DNA of 64,000 nucleotides. Source: Selaginella moellendorffii. Lineage: Eukaryota > Plantae > Lycopodiophyta. Made by a program: the position numbers and the translations under genes. The stretch covers positions 566,964 to 630,963 of the forward strand of contig NW_003314351.1 in NCBI RefSeq assembly GCF_000143415.4, read 5' to 3'. Of this stretch, positions 34,979-48,942 are shown piece after piece. The notes under the pieces are model-generated. The model saw only the letters and a program-made list of their open reading frames with translations, did not search any database and was not told the origin of the DNA. Within the stretch, counting starts at the first letter, position 1, and every line of letters starts with the position of its first letter.

Positions 34979-36753
34979 NNNNNNNNNNNNNNNNNNNNNN
35001 NNNNNNNNNNNNNNNNNNNNNNNNNNNNNNNNNNNNNNNNNNNNNNNNNNNNNNNNNNNNNNNNNNNNNNNNNNNNNNTGAGATGGACCTGAGATAGTGT
35101 CGCGCATGTGACTTCGGGTATCGAAAGTTACCTGTCGACCTGTCCTTACGGACACTCTTACCTTACTGCCACGATGGCAGGAGGTCGGTATTGCTGGACC
35201 CGTTATCAGTCTCCGCCTAAGCTAGTTGAGAAACTGGTCTTCGCGTGTGCACTTGACCAGATGAGCATAAGGAAGGAATTCCTAAGTGTCTATTTAGTCA
35301 AGCATACTTGACCTGGTTAGAGAAACTCATTCGTTGACTTGCACTTGCTAGTGTTGGGAACCCCCGTGATATTGAGCTTGGTCCCTCAATATCGCAAGAT
35401 GATAGCTTACCGTGTCTGCCAAACACCCTCGCTATCATGCCCTTTGTGTTAGTCTCATTTTGGTCCCAAATGCTATTTATGGAAAGTGTCCAGATTTGCT
35501 CATTTGGCATATCTACGGAATGTAGAGATCGTCCTGAACACAATGGTGTTCGTCCCATGTCCAAATTCGCAATCTAAGGACATTCCATATTTAGTAAGTT
35601 TCGAGCTTGTCCCAGAGACTAACTCCTAATACTAAGGGAGGCTTGGGGTGAAAGCCCAAAGCGTGTGTTCCTCAAGGGGGGGCGGCTGTGGGGGGTTCCA
35701 AATGTATAGTAGGGATAGTGGGTAGGTCGGGCATGGCCGACCAACCTGAGGCATAGTCTAGCTCCCGCTTGCGTGCCTGTCCTTGTTCTGCGTCCGGCTT
35801 GGGTCTAAGCCCAAGTTCCATTCCATGCTAGTTGGTGGAGTACCCATATCCTCACGTTAGGCCACCGGTATGCCGAAATAGCGCCAGACTCCGTTTGGCT
35901 CCGTTTTGCGTGCTAGTCCTGGCATTGGGATGCTGGTTGCTCCAGGACTGTTCCAAGTCGCTCCGGGCCCCTGTCCCTTCGCTCCTTGGGGCTTTATGCT
36001 CGGGAGTTGCTCCGTAGTATGGTTCCGTCACTCCTTGGCTCCATGCTTGGGAGTTTGGCACCGTTCCTTCGTTCAGTGGCCCAAGGCCCTGAACCTCGGG
36101 TTCCTATGGACACGTGGCATGGACACGTGGCATATGACACGTGGCATCTGTCACGTGGCACTAAGAGGGTTTAGGTTCCGCTTCGTGGTGTTATCCTATG
36201 GTAAATCACCATAGGATAAAGGGTAAAAACCACGTGCGCTACATTTGGTATCAGAGGATGAGTCTCAGCGAGTACTATTCAATGAGATTGGGCAACTAGT
36301 CTCGTTGCATACGCAGAGATGAAAACGATGATCCGAGTGGGTACACGTTTGGTGCAAAGGGTTCACATTCGTTCCTTGGGTATGGTTTTGGTTACCTTTT
36401 GTACCATATTCTGTGAGCTTGAGCTTGGGCTCACAAAAGAGATTGAGTTGTTCCGGTTACACGAGTTTACGCTTGGGCTCGTGAGTGAGGCACATTAGCA
36501 ACTTAAGGTTACACTTTGAGTTGGCAGGATTAATGTTAGCCTCTCAGTGGTTCCATGAGTTGTTCTAGTGGTTCCATGAGTTGTTCCATGTACCGTGGGT
36601 AAGAGCAAACCTTCCCTGAGTTTGCTATGAGTGGCAAATAGGCTGGTCCGTAGCNNNNNNNNNNNNNNNNNNNNNNNNNNNNNNNNNNNNNNNNNNNNNN
36701 NNNNNNNNNNNNNNNNNNNNNNNNNNNNNNNNNNNNNNNNNNNNNNNNNNNNN
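34979..36753. other. Short contig (35079-36654) bounded by two ~100-N scaffold gaps
   Basis: N runs at 34979-35078 and 36655-36753. Confidence 0.95.
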
Positions 36754-39700
36754 NTATTGGTTCAAGTAATCATTGCTGTGCTCTCTTATAAACTTTCCTT
36801 GGATTGGACTGAAGGCAGTGCGAACGCAAGCTTGAAGTGGAGTCGAAGATGAGACCGAAAAGAGAGTCGTCGGGGACGAAGGATCAAACACGTAAATCAT
36901 CTCTTCTTGGAGAGATGATTTGCAACGAGGTGTTAACTCATTGCTCGTGTTCACATCATGCAATCAAGAGTCCCTATCTTGATGCATGTTGGAGATGGTG
37001 GTCTTACAATGGTGAGTTGTGGGATGGATAGCGGTGAAGCGCTAAACCATTTTGTCTAGACTTGCTATTGGAAGACTTGAGTTGCAATGCTCAATTCTTT
37101 TCCGGGGAACCTTGCTATTGCTCCTTGAGTAGCTTGGTGTTGGATTAGTTTTGAGTTTGGTCAGAAAGAGAGTGGCATGAGCTTGTCCATGTTGTGAACA
37201 AAAGTTAGTGGTGTTAGGTGTTGTAAATCTCTATCAGTGGAGTGTGGCATTTATGTTGCATTTTGTTGAATTGAGTTGGCACTTGATATTCATATAAACC
37301 TTTGAAGTAATGACATAGGCATTACTCGTGGTGTTGCTCAATTGATGATCAAGTTGTTGTGATACTTATATCATATCCATGTGATAGTGAGTAATGTGTT
37401 TACGAAGTTGCTTGGTTAAATGATGATCAACCCCAAAGTGGTTGATAGTGATGCTAGTCTACTTGCACGAAGTAGCATTGTAGTAGCTTTGACTGAATTC
37501 TCAATAATGGTCCATTATGCTAAGTTTAAGTTGGTATGTTGTTCCTTTGAGAGTTTGCCCATAAGGTGTTGGAAAAGGGTTGTAGCATTTATTTGCTATA
37601 ACTTGTTGGTTGATCCGTTAGCACTTGGAATAGATTGTTGGATGGAGAAGATGTGTAGTTTGGGCATTGATATCACTAGCACTTGTGTTAGTAGAAGTGG
37701 CGTTGTTACTTCGAGTGATAAGGAATTTTCCTTAGAGCTTGATTTTCCATGTCATTTTTCTTGTTAGTGTTTTAGCTTCACATTGGATCTTGAAAGTGGT
37801 TGAAGAAGAGTGTTAGTGCAATATGGATATCCAAAGATGTGGTCTTCGTGATCAAGCCTTGGATGTTCACTTTGCACTTTACGGATGTTGGTGTTGGATG
37901 TCGAAAGAATGGGCAGAAAGATGTTTGAGGCTTAAGCATACTATAGGTCATGAGAATTTGTGTTGAGGTGAACCTATGTGAAGTTGTTGGTAGGAGGAAG
38001 TTGGTTGAGTCTTGAAAGTTTGTATTTCTGGACTAAGAGTTATTCTTTCTCTAGGATGGAAAATTTTCCATAAATTTTCTTAGACTTTTCCAATGGCTGA
38101 TCTGTTATCACTTTGCTCGAAAACCATTCCGTTTTCGTAAGCCAGTACAAACTAGTGAAGGGGTTGGAGTTAACTTCGGTTGGCTTACACCTTAGTAGGT
38201 AGTTTGTATGATGCAGCCCAAAAAGGATGCTAACTTTTGGGGCTAAGGCAATTGAGTTGGATAGAGTCTGGAGTTAGTGTAGAAAAGTGGCTGTTGCACT
38301 TTTCTAGAAAGGTGACCCTTGTGCCTTTCTTTTGTAGCGTTATGCTTGGTGGCAGGTTGCACTTTGCATTTTGTTAAGACTCTATGAGAGTAGTGAGCTC
38401 TCACTGATCTTGACTTAGTCTTGGTAGCTTTGCACCTTGACTGAGAATAGTGATGTCCAACTTAGTTGTTTGAGTTTGAGATGTTGGTACCCATACTGTA
38501 GCTTTGTCTATGAGGAGGTTGTGTACCGATATGGATCCATCTCATGGTCTTCACTTTAGTTTCAGCTGAGTGTTGATCATGCATAGCTAGCCTCTTCAAG
38601 GCATGCTCAGAGCTATTGGCTAAATGCTTTGGTGAGCTTATTGTGGTTGAGTTGGATTTGAGTGGTCATTTGGTTTGTGCTTGTTTATGAACTTTTATCT
38701 CATATTTGGGGTATTACATTCATGTTGGACAAGTGTGTAACTCAATGGCATGAGTTAGTGTTTGGGTCTTTTGAAAGGCAAAACAAGTGATTGTTGGTTG
38801 TTTTGCAACTAGTGATTGCTTGTAAACTTTGTCGAAAGACTATGACACTTGCTTCGCTCGATGAAAATTTAGCAGTGATGGGTTTACTTTACCAGATGGT
38901 GTTGCGGAGGATCGTGTTGTTAAACTTACATGGGTTTTCCATGTTGGCATGTCGACTCTACCTCTGTTGATATCATTTGGTTGTGTTTAGTTTGTAGTGT
39001 TGGATTTCATTGAATCTTGGACGTGGTGATACACTCCTTGATGAAGTGTTATTTGTACCTGAGTAATGTTGAAGAACTAGTCTCGGATACTGACTAAAGT
39101 ATCTTCGACTTTGGTTAGCTTGGTTGCAAGAGAGTTTTGAGTGGTGATTCACTCTTGCTTTCTTTTAGCTTTGTTCTGATGTTGATGGCATTGAGGTGAT
39201 GCCTTGTCATTGATATTATTGACGTTGAGATTCAAGTGAGATGAGATGTCTATCCTTAGGATTGATATTGCGTTTCATTAGTCTTGATGAAAATAGTGTT
39301 GATGATTTGGCTATGGCTTTGTGTTATTGGCATTCGTGCATTTGCTAGTTAGCAACTGTGTTGACGTTCAAATGAACTGAATAGCAAGTTGAGTTAATTG
39401 TGTTCTAGACGAGATTATTTAGTAGGGGTTGAGCTTCAGCTTTTCCTTGAAAAGTGATTTAGTCGTTGATAACACTAACTTTACGAGATGAAGAGTTAGT
39501 GATTGATATTGGAATATTTGAATCCTTATTGGATTTGAGTTGGAATATATCGATCATTGATGATTTTTCTTGTGCTTGTTATGATGTGAGTTACGTCTTG
39601 TTATAGATGGATTCATGGAGGATCGTTTGGTGATCACTTGTTGAGCATAGTTTCATTATGCTTGGCTTTTGGATTGATGCAAATCTGCTCTTCATTAGCT

Positions 39701-42413
39701 TTGGCATTATGAAGTTTAGCTTATGGAAGTGTTGAAGAGAATATTGTGGGTTGTACCATGATTTCTTTTTAGCATTAACGTTAGTTCATGCAAGACTCGT
39801 GATCATTATTAGGCAAGACTTGGCTATAGACTTCTTCAAAATTTTGGTTATTTGAGTTTTCATGCTCATTGTTCCATTTGTTAGGAGTTGTTGGGGGAAG
39901 GCATTTTGGCTTATTAACTTCGATGTTGACGTTAGTCTTTGCATCTAGCAATCATTGGTGATGATTGACTATCATCTCAGATAGTTGATTATCCTTATCA
40001 AAGGTTTTGCTTGATTATTGTTGGTATAGAATGATTTGCTATTCTTCGGGATAGTAAATTCTTTCTTCGATGATGATTATGCATTTCTTTATTGATAGGA
40101 TGATTGATGATCTTTCATGATGGTTAGTTGTTCTCTTTGATAGCTTTTGGCTTTTCGCAATACCACATGTTCTTTGTGGTTTGCTTTGGATTGGTCTCTT
40201 GGGTTTGAGACATCAGTAGGATGTTGCTAACACTTGCTTAGGCAACTTGAGTTCCTTGGTGTTGTTGGCTAGGATCTATTCGGATTAGCTAGTGTGATAG
40301 TCGGCATAAACGAGTGTTTGTTGGTCTTGCCACATTCATTCTGTTTTGTTGATTACTACTCGAGTTAGTTCTGATAGGTTGGAATGTTATTTCCTTCAGG
40401 TGATACATTCGTGAGCATTGTGCTTGTCAGTCAATGATACTTTGTGTTCTTTGAGTTATCTTTTGTAAGTTGTTTAGCATTCTGTCTGCAATCTTTAATA
40501 GTTAAACTTTATCATTGAGTTGTACTTAATGATATACTTGCTATTGAATTTTGTTTGATGGTGAATCCTATGTTTACCAACTATGACGATCTTGGTGGTT
40601 CCTGCACTATAATACTAGTTTATCGGATGATAACTTGCTTGGAATACTTTTGTGTTCTAATCTAAGATAAATTCACTAATAATTCAGTCTCTCAGATATC
40701 ATTGTCTCTGACTTTGATAATGTTCATCTATGATCTTTGAGTTTGGGCCAGTAATAGGCAGACTGGCTTCGGCACTTCGTGTGCATGTTGAAATCTCTAG
40801 TCATGGGGTAGCTACTGTCGACTGGTCACATAACCCGCCTCTCTGTCGATGTTCCTTATTCCGTTAAAAGGGCGTGACCGTGTAAACAACTCTAACTGCC
40901 TGTTTACAGTAGTCTATCTAAACCTTACCGACGGGTTTGGTTTCTTTGCTCAGGAGGGTTGGGGCCTCTGGCTTCTCTCTCTATGTCTCTGCGGGCACGG
41001 CATATCACACTTTTGTAAGCTGGGTGACTCCCAGAGCAGCAAGGGTGGCTGACCCCATTGGTCATTTCCTTGTCGGCGATGGCCGGAAGGTGTCTGAGCT
41101 GGTAGCGCATCCGCGTTAGACAAAGAGGTTACCCCTAACTCATTTAAGTTGGTGCATTTCTCACATAGTGTGAGTACCGTGAACTTTTTCTGGAGTTGTT
41201 TCCTTGGCGGTATTCTAGACTCGAGTGTGCATCGACGAGGACGTCGATCTTCCCAAGGGGGGGAGAGTGTCGCGCATGTGACTTCGGGTATCGAAAGTTA
41301 CCTGTCGACCTGTCCTTACGGACACTCTTACCTTACTGCCACGATGGCAGGAGGTCGGTATTGCTGGACCCGTTATCAGTCTCTGCCTAAGCTAGTTGAG
41401 AAACTGGTCTTCGCGTGTGCACTTGACCAGATGAGCATAAGGAAGGAATTCCTAAGTGTCTATTTAGTCAAGCATACTTGACCTGGTTAGAGAAACTCAT
41501 TCGTTGACTTGCACTTGCTAGTGTTGGGAACCCCCGTGATATTGAGCTTGGTCCCTCAATATCGCAAGATGATAGCTTACCGTGTCTGCCAAACACCCTC
41601 GCTATCATGCCCTTTGTGTTAGTCTCATTTTGGTCCCAAATGCTATTTATGGAAAGTGTCCAGAATTGCTCATTTGGCATATCTACGGAATGTAGAGATC
41701 GTCCTGAACACAATGGTGTTCGTCCCATGTCCAAATTCGCAATCTAAGGACATTCCATATTTAGTAAGTTTCGAGCTTGTCCCAGAGACTAACTCCTAAT
41801 ACTAAGGGAGGCTTGGGGTGAAAGCCCAAAGCGTGTGTTCCTCAAGGGGGGGCGGCTGTGGGGGGTTCCAAATGTATAGTAGGGATAGTGGGTAGGTCGG
41901 GCATGGCCGACCAACCTGAGGCATAGTCTAGCTCCCGCTTGCGTGCCTGTCCTTGTTCTGCGTCCGGCTTGGGTCTAAGCCCAAGTTCCATTCCATGCTA
42001 GTTGGTGGAGTACCCATATCCTCACGTTAGGCCACCGGTATGCCGAAATAGCGCCAGACTCCGTTTGGCTCCGTTTTGCGTGCTAGTCCTGGCATTGGGA
42101 TGCTGGTTGCTCCAGGACTGTTCCAAGTCGCTCCGGGCCCCTGTCCCTTCGCTCCTTGGGGCTTTATGCTCAGGAGTTGCTCCGTGGTATGGTTCCGTCA
42201 CTCCTTGGCTCCATGCTTGGGAGTTTGGCACCGTTCCTTCGTTCAGTGGCCCAAGGCCCTGAACCTCGGGTTCCTATGGACACGTGGCATGGACACGTGG
42301 CATATGACACGTGGCATCTGTCACGTGGCACTAAGAGGGTTTAGGTTCCGCTTCGTGGTGTTATCCTATGGTAAATCACCATAGGATAAAGGGTAAAAAC
42401 CACGTGCGCTACA
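35098..42413 (+). mobile_element. Family-B LTR element B2 (1146-bp LTRs, ~5-kb non-coding internal region)
   Basis: LTRs at 35098-36243 and 41268-42413 are nearly identical (about 4 differences seen). PBS TGGTATCAGAG at 36246. PPT AAGGGGGGGAGAG at 41255-41267. The TSDs do not match. Confidence 0.85.
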
Positions 42414-43105
42414 GTCTCGGTCCCGGATTCGGACTCGGTCTCGGTCTCAGTCTCGGTCTTGGTCTCGGTCTCGGTCCCGGTCTCGGTTCCAACTCGGACT
42501 CCGTCTCGGACTCCATCTCGGACTCCATCTCGGGTCCATCTCGGACTCCATCTCGGGTCCATCTCGGACTTCATCTCGGTCCATCTCGGACTGCATCTCG
42601 GACTCCATCTCGGGTCCATCTCGGACTCCGTCTCGGTCCATCTCGGACTCCGTCTCGGATCCATCTCGAACTCCATCTCGGACTCCATCTCGGGTCCATC
42701 TCAGACTCCGTCTCGGTCCATCTCGGACTCCATCTCGGACTCCGTCTCGGATCCATCTCGGACTCCATCTCGGGTCCATCTCAGACTCCATCTCGGACTC
42801 CATCTCGGGTCTATCTCGGACTCCGTCTCGGTCCATCTCGGACTCCGTCTCGGATCCATCTTGGACTCCATCTCGGGTCCATCTCGGACTCCGTCTTGGT
42901 CCATCTCTGACTCCATCTCGGACTCCATCTCGGATCCATCTCGGACTCCATCTCGGATCCATCTCGGACTCCATCTCGGATCCATCTCGGACTCCGTCTC
43001 GGTCCATCTCGGACTCCATCTCGGACTCCGTCTCGGATCCATCTCGGACTCCATCTCGGGTCCTTCTCGGACTCCATCTCGGGTCCATCTCAGACTTCAT
43101 CTCGG
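42414..43105. repeat. CTCGGACTCCAT / CTCGGGTCCAT tandem array of the family-A LTR
   Basis: Directly visible 11-12-bp units. Confidence 0.95.
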
Positions 43106-46100
43106 TCCTTTCAGGTCCCTTTTTAGAGCCTCGCTTATGGCTCACTTCGTGCTCATTCCTTGAGCACCTTGTTGGGAGTTCCACTTCCGCTCTCGACCTT
43201 TCAAGTCGGAGCTTTTAGTCCAAACGTGTTACGCTCGTTTGGCTTTCACTTTGGCCACTACCACGTGGCGCCCTTCCGGCACCACTTTGGGGCCTAGGGA
43301 TTTTGTGTCTCACAACTCCACCACCCATAGATGAAGTTCGATGTCCTCATCGAACGGTAAACCATTTTATAAAGTAACACCCGCATGTGTTACCATTTCC
43401 ATCCTTGGCACCTAGCCAATATTTGTCAATGGTTTGACATTGAAGGCTCACCATGCCTTCTCCATATTCATCAATGGTTTTACATAGAAGGCTCACCATG
43501 CTTTTTGCATATTCCTCAAAGGAGGGTAGTCTCTCCAACTTAGAGATTGATTGGACCACATATAGTGGCTCTCTCCTTTTATTGGTTTATTTCTTGCTAA
43601 ACCTCTTAGAGACCCTTCTCTAAGTCAATCCCACTACTCCTTCTCGAGTAGTCTCAATTTCCATCTATTGAACATTTGCACCTTGGAACTTTTACTCTTT
43701 TGATTTTTGGAAGTCAATTTCCTAGGTGTCTCCAACACCTTGCATTGCACAGATTGTGCAACTCCACTTCCCCATCCTAGGAAGTTCGTTACTTGAGGGC
43801 ACCATCCTCCTCTCTTCTATTTCGTGCCACCTTGGGCACTAAGTTCCATTTATCATACTTTGTGCTAGGGCTGTCCATGGCCCTATCATTTGGCTACCTT
43901 ACCGCTCCCTCCCTTGGAGCTTCCATTTTCGCCAAATCGGAGCAATTCGGAATCCATCCTTGGAAACACACTTCCTTTCCCGCAATTTGTTAGCGTCTAA
44001 CACATTAGTGTTCCTCGCCTAACTTTGCCACTTGGATTCCTTCCAAGGGATTCCACGGCCCTATCTTGGCCACTTATCTTTTGCTCCTATCTGTTGATTG
44101 TTGCACCAAGCAACACTGGATCTTTACCTCCCTCTTTGAGGTATTCTTTTGATTCCATAGCAAAGGCTCTGCTTTGCCAAGACTAGGGTGTTCACCCCTA
44201 GTAAGTCTCTTTAGCATCTTCTGCTGTGGCCTCTATCCACGCCCAACTTTGTGACCCTCCCATGGGTCTTTTTAGAGACCACTTTCCTTGGACACACTAT
44301 GCCATCGTAATGACATAGCTCATTTCCCTAATATGAGTGTCTTCATATTCCAAACCATCACCACGCCCTAGTGATTTGGGACTCGAACCCAAGCACTAGA
44401 GGGTCGGGACTCGAACCCAACCTCCGTATATGCATCTACGGACGGCATCACCCAGGATGCCTGGCATGACTCCCCACGTCGATGCACCAACCTATACTCA
44501 AAGCGTGCTATAGATCACAGCTTAGGAACCTAGTTCCTCCCCACTGCCAAATCCTCTCACTTGACAAGCCTGTGATCATGCATGGACTCCTCCATGCTTG
44601 GCCCCATGGCCCACCCTTTTTGAAGTTATCACCTTCAACTAGGGTATTTGTTCCCCTGACTTGCCAATCTCGCTTTGGCAAGTCCTCGAACCACTGTAAC
44701 ATAGTTCCTGCACAAGCGTGAAAGCCCTTGATCATCGACTTTTGTTCAAAGCCCTCTCTTTGAACACTCGGGAATTACTTCCCTAACCTTGATAGCCTTG
44801 CCTCATGGCAAGCTTCAAGACCACGCTTCTACTACGCCACTCTGATTTCACGTGTTCCTTGAACTATTTACGCTTGGCCTTTCTAGGTACTAAGCTACCT
44901 AGAATCCTCTTTGGGAACCTTGAAGGAACTCTGTCCCTTAGCTTGCTAAGGCCTCCCTTTTTGCAAGCTTTCCAATTACCATATAGTCTAACATGGACAA
45001 TTCCATATTTTAGCCTCTCCATGGCATCACGGTTTCTAGCGGCAACACCCTCGAGCCCCTACTTGATTCTCCACTCCCAGCTGGCATAACCAACCTTGGT
45101 TATGCCCTTCGATTCCTATGGTTCGGTTCTATCCCCTTACTTCTTGCTTTTGGCTTCACACCTTTCCTTCGGTCATTCTCCTCCAGACCAGGAGGATAGC
45201 TTTGCACTTTCTATCATGCCTTAGCAAGTATTCTTAGGGATTAACCAACCCAATAGCCTAGGAAGTGGTTCCTCAATCCAGGTATGCTCACCCTATAATC
45301 CCACACACCGGGATTACGTTGTTGCCTACGGGCCTTTGCATGCCCATTGCTAGCCTTGCCAAAATTCCATTTTTGGCTTTGTCCAATTCGAGTAGACAGT
45401 CTTCTCCTGTCTCCGCCACTTTGGACATTTGGATAGCACCTACTATTCATCATTCGCTAGGGACTTAATCCCTTGGGCCTTATCTACTGCCCTCGCGACA
45501 TCAAACACCACCTCTTGGTGTTCTAGAGTGTTCGGGTGTCCCAATGACGACTTCCTTGACAATGAGTATTTCCTTTTATGACATTGACTTACTATATCGC
45601 AACATAAGCAACTTATGCCCCGTAAGGGTATATCCAACTTCCTTATGCCATTAAGAAGGCTTGAGTAGCTACCTTCTACCCGTTTAACCAATTATTTTGC
45701 ACCTCTTGCTTAGTTGCCTCGTACTTGTCAAGTCCTACAACTCATTGCTGGTGCTTCCACACCTCCATCATTATCTGGGTCACCACACTCCAATTGCATG
45801 CTCTGCAGCTTAGGCTATGCCATTCTCATTTCTATTGGGATTCCTTTGGCAAGGGGTTCTCATGAACCCACCAACATAACCTCAAGGTATCACACCTTGG
45901 CACATTTGGTGTCTCCACACCATCGGCTTCACGAGCCTACCTCTATGACACTACTTATTAGTGTCTAGGTTTTGCCAAGGCCAATATAGTTGTTCCTCAT
46001 GCTAACTATCCGTTAGCACCGCACCATAGTGTTTGCACCCAACTCTGGGCCAAAGTTGTTTTCTTTTGGGAACATCTTTCCCACAACTTTAGTATAGCAC

Positions 46101-47984
46101 ATTCTGCCATCAATGAGATACCTACTGTTCTCATACTTGGATCTTATGATCCTCCCCATACCTCATGGGGCACCATACACTTCAGTCCAAATGCTCCAAC
46201 CAATCCCTTAGGACCATTCCCTGACTCCGCTCGAGTCATCCAGCATTTTGGACTTTGCTAATCCAAGAACCTGCGAGGTCTCAGTCTTAGAGGTGCCAAC
46301 TCTCTAGAATACAACTTCTTATATTCATGTCCTACTCACAAGGACAATCTTTGCAAGTGTTACTCTGACACTTGATGATTTTCTTGGGGCTAACCTTTGC
46401 CCCTTAGGACTACTTGTCCATGTGATGAGAATAGCAACTCATATTTAAGTACACCCCCAACTCCTTGGGTTGTTCTAGCATTTATTAGAGGTAGCCCCAC
46501 CTACCATTTCAAGGACTGGTGTCCTCTTTTGTATTTGACCTCCCACAGTCAATAATTCCGGACTCAAATTTATGAGTACCAGCCTCAACCATATAAGGGT
46601 AATTTTGTGACTCCTTTATTGTTTTGGAGTCTGCATCTTTCCCGTGATCCCAACTATAGTTGTTTACCACAACTACATTAGCTCGTTTGCTGCATCAAAC
46701 GCTCATCTGGATCACATTCTCAGCTCTCTGAGGAAACCCTTATACTGTTCCCAAGATCCCAAAGTCGTTCCATTATTGGCCCTTTTTCTATCCACCACCT
46801 CACCTACAAGTTCACACATGAACTGTAATGGAGAGCCATGTCTTCCCGACCTGCTACTCCTCAAGGATAGGCCCACTCCTCGGACCTTCCGATGCAAACA
46901 CCAGTGGTGATATACTTGAGCACCAATAAAAGTCGGACTAAGGAACAGCTCCGATACCAAGTTGTAAGCGACTAAATTTTCCATTCTACTTTAGTCACTT
47001 AACCACACCTCCGACCACTTGGAGGAGTCTCATTCACCACCTCCATAAGTCCAGTTCAGGACTTGGGACTTCCTAGCCCCGAGAATGGCATCTATGCCAC
47101 TCGACATTTGCACTTGGTCCAAGTGCTCCACGTGTCCGATCCCATGACCGACACTCAAAGGTACCACCGACATGGCAGCCTGTTACGCTAAGGCCATGCC
47201 CAATCACCTTTGCCACACTGGTAGTCCAATACCACTTGCATCACAGTCTTGGCTCTCCAAGACTAGGCAGTCCCTCCGTGAGTGGTCATCTCAGATCCAC
47301 TCCTTAGCATCTTTAGGATGCCCACCGACAAGGGGAATAGCCTTCCCCAATATCCCTCTGTCAGTCTCCACTAAGTCCCTTTCTGCCCCTGGCCGTGTTT
47401 GCCAACACTGCCACTGGATCGAGGCCCACAGGCCCGACCACTAAGTCCCATGGTCCTTTGGGACTTCCTCACCACACGATTGTGTCCTTGGTCACTACCC
47501 TAGAGGACTGCTCCTCTTCCTTTCCACAGTCTAGGCCTTTGGGACAACATTTCGGAACACCGTGGCCTTACGCGAGCCACTTGGGTACTCTCCCCGCCTT
47601 CCGCCCTTGGGTGCTCTAGCCATGGGCTTAGAGCGAGGTTCTGTTGAGCCACGCCTGGTATCCAAGTAGGTAGTGCCACCCACACTTGGACTGGGAGCAT
47701 CGGCCAATCGATCTCCCGGGGGAACTAGAGCCGGCTCTTGAACACTTCACCAAGCTACCCCGCTTGTCGGTTCGTATTCACTCTAGTCTTGGACTTCCCA
47801 GTGGTCAGCTCATCACCCAACACTGGGTCTGGCCTTCCTGGGCCAAACTGGCCTTTCCTTGCCAAACTGGCTCCACTGGGCTCCAACCCCCACACTCTCC
47901 CTACTATACTTTTGGGCCCCCAAGAAGCCCCCCCCCCCCCCCCCCCCTAGGTCTGGGAGACGAACGCTTTGGGCTTTCACCCTC

Positions 47985-48942
47985 TCAGACTCGGACTCGG
48001 ACTCGGACTCGGACTCGGACTTGGACTCGGATTCGGACTCAGACTCGGANNNNNNNNNNNNNNNNNNNNNNNNNNNNNNNNNNNNNNNNNNNNNNNNNNN
48101 NNNNNNNNNNNNNNNNNNNNNNNNNNNNNNNNNNNNNNNNNNNNNNNNNNNNNNNNNNNNNNNNNNNNNNNNNNNNNNNNNNNNNNNNNNNNNNNNNNNN
48201 NNNNNNNNNNNNNNNNNNNNNNNNNNNNNNNNNNNNNNNNNNNNNNNNNNNNNNNNNNNNNNNNNNNNNNNNNNNNNNNNNNNNNNNNNNNNNNNNNNNN
48301 NNNNNNNNNNNNNNNNNNNNNNNNNNNNNNNNNNNNNNNNNNNNNNNNNNNNNNNNNNNNNNNNNNNNNNNNNNNNNNNNNNNNNNNNNNNNNNNNNNNN
48401 NNNNNNNNNNNNNNNNNNNNNNNNNNNNNNNNNNNNNNNNNNNNNNNNNNNNNNNNNNNNNNNNNNNNNNNNNNNNNNNNNNNNNNNNNNNNNNNNNNNN
48501 NNNNNNNNNNNNNNNNNNNNNNNNNNNNNNNNNNNNNNNNNNNNNNNNNNNNNNNNNNNNNNNNNNNNNNNNNNNNNNNNNNNNNNNNNNNNNNNNNNGT
48601 CCGTCTCGGTCCATCTCGGCGTCCATCTCGGACTCTGTCTCGGATCCATCTCGGACTCCATCTCGGGTCCATCTCGGACTCCATCTCGGACTCCATCTCG
48701 GGTCCATCTCGAACTCCGTCTTGGTCCATCTCGGACTCCATCTCGGACTCCGTCTCGAATCCATCTCGGACTCCATCTCGGGTCCATCTCGGACTCCGTC
48801 TTGGTCCATCTCGGACTCCATCTCGGACTCCGTCTCGGATCCATCTCAGACTCAATCTCGGATCCGTCTCGGATCCATCTCGGACTCCATCTCGGGTCCA
48901 TCTCGGACTCCATCTCGGGTCCATCTCAGACTTCATCTCGGT
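47985..48942. repeat. Tandem array of the family-A LTR spanning an N-gap (48050-48598)
   Basis: Hexamer units before the gap, 12-mer units after it. Confidence 0.9.

Noticed and set aside
42341-43184. Long ORFs (SD-, LG- and MESEMDPRWSPRW-repeat proteins) here and at 351-815, 47686-49054, 52237-53593 and 55274-55871
   Set aside because: They are translations of the stop-free LTR tandem array and N-gaps, open in most frames on both strands.
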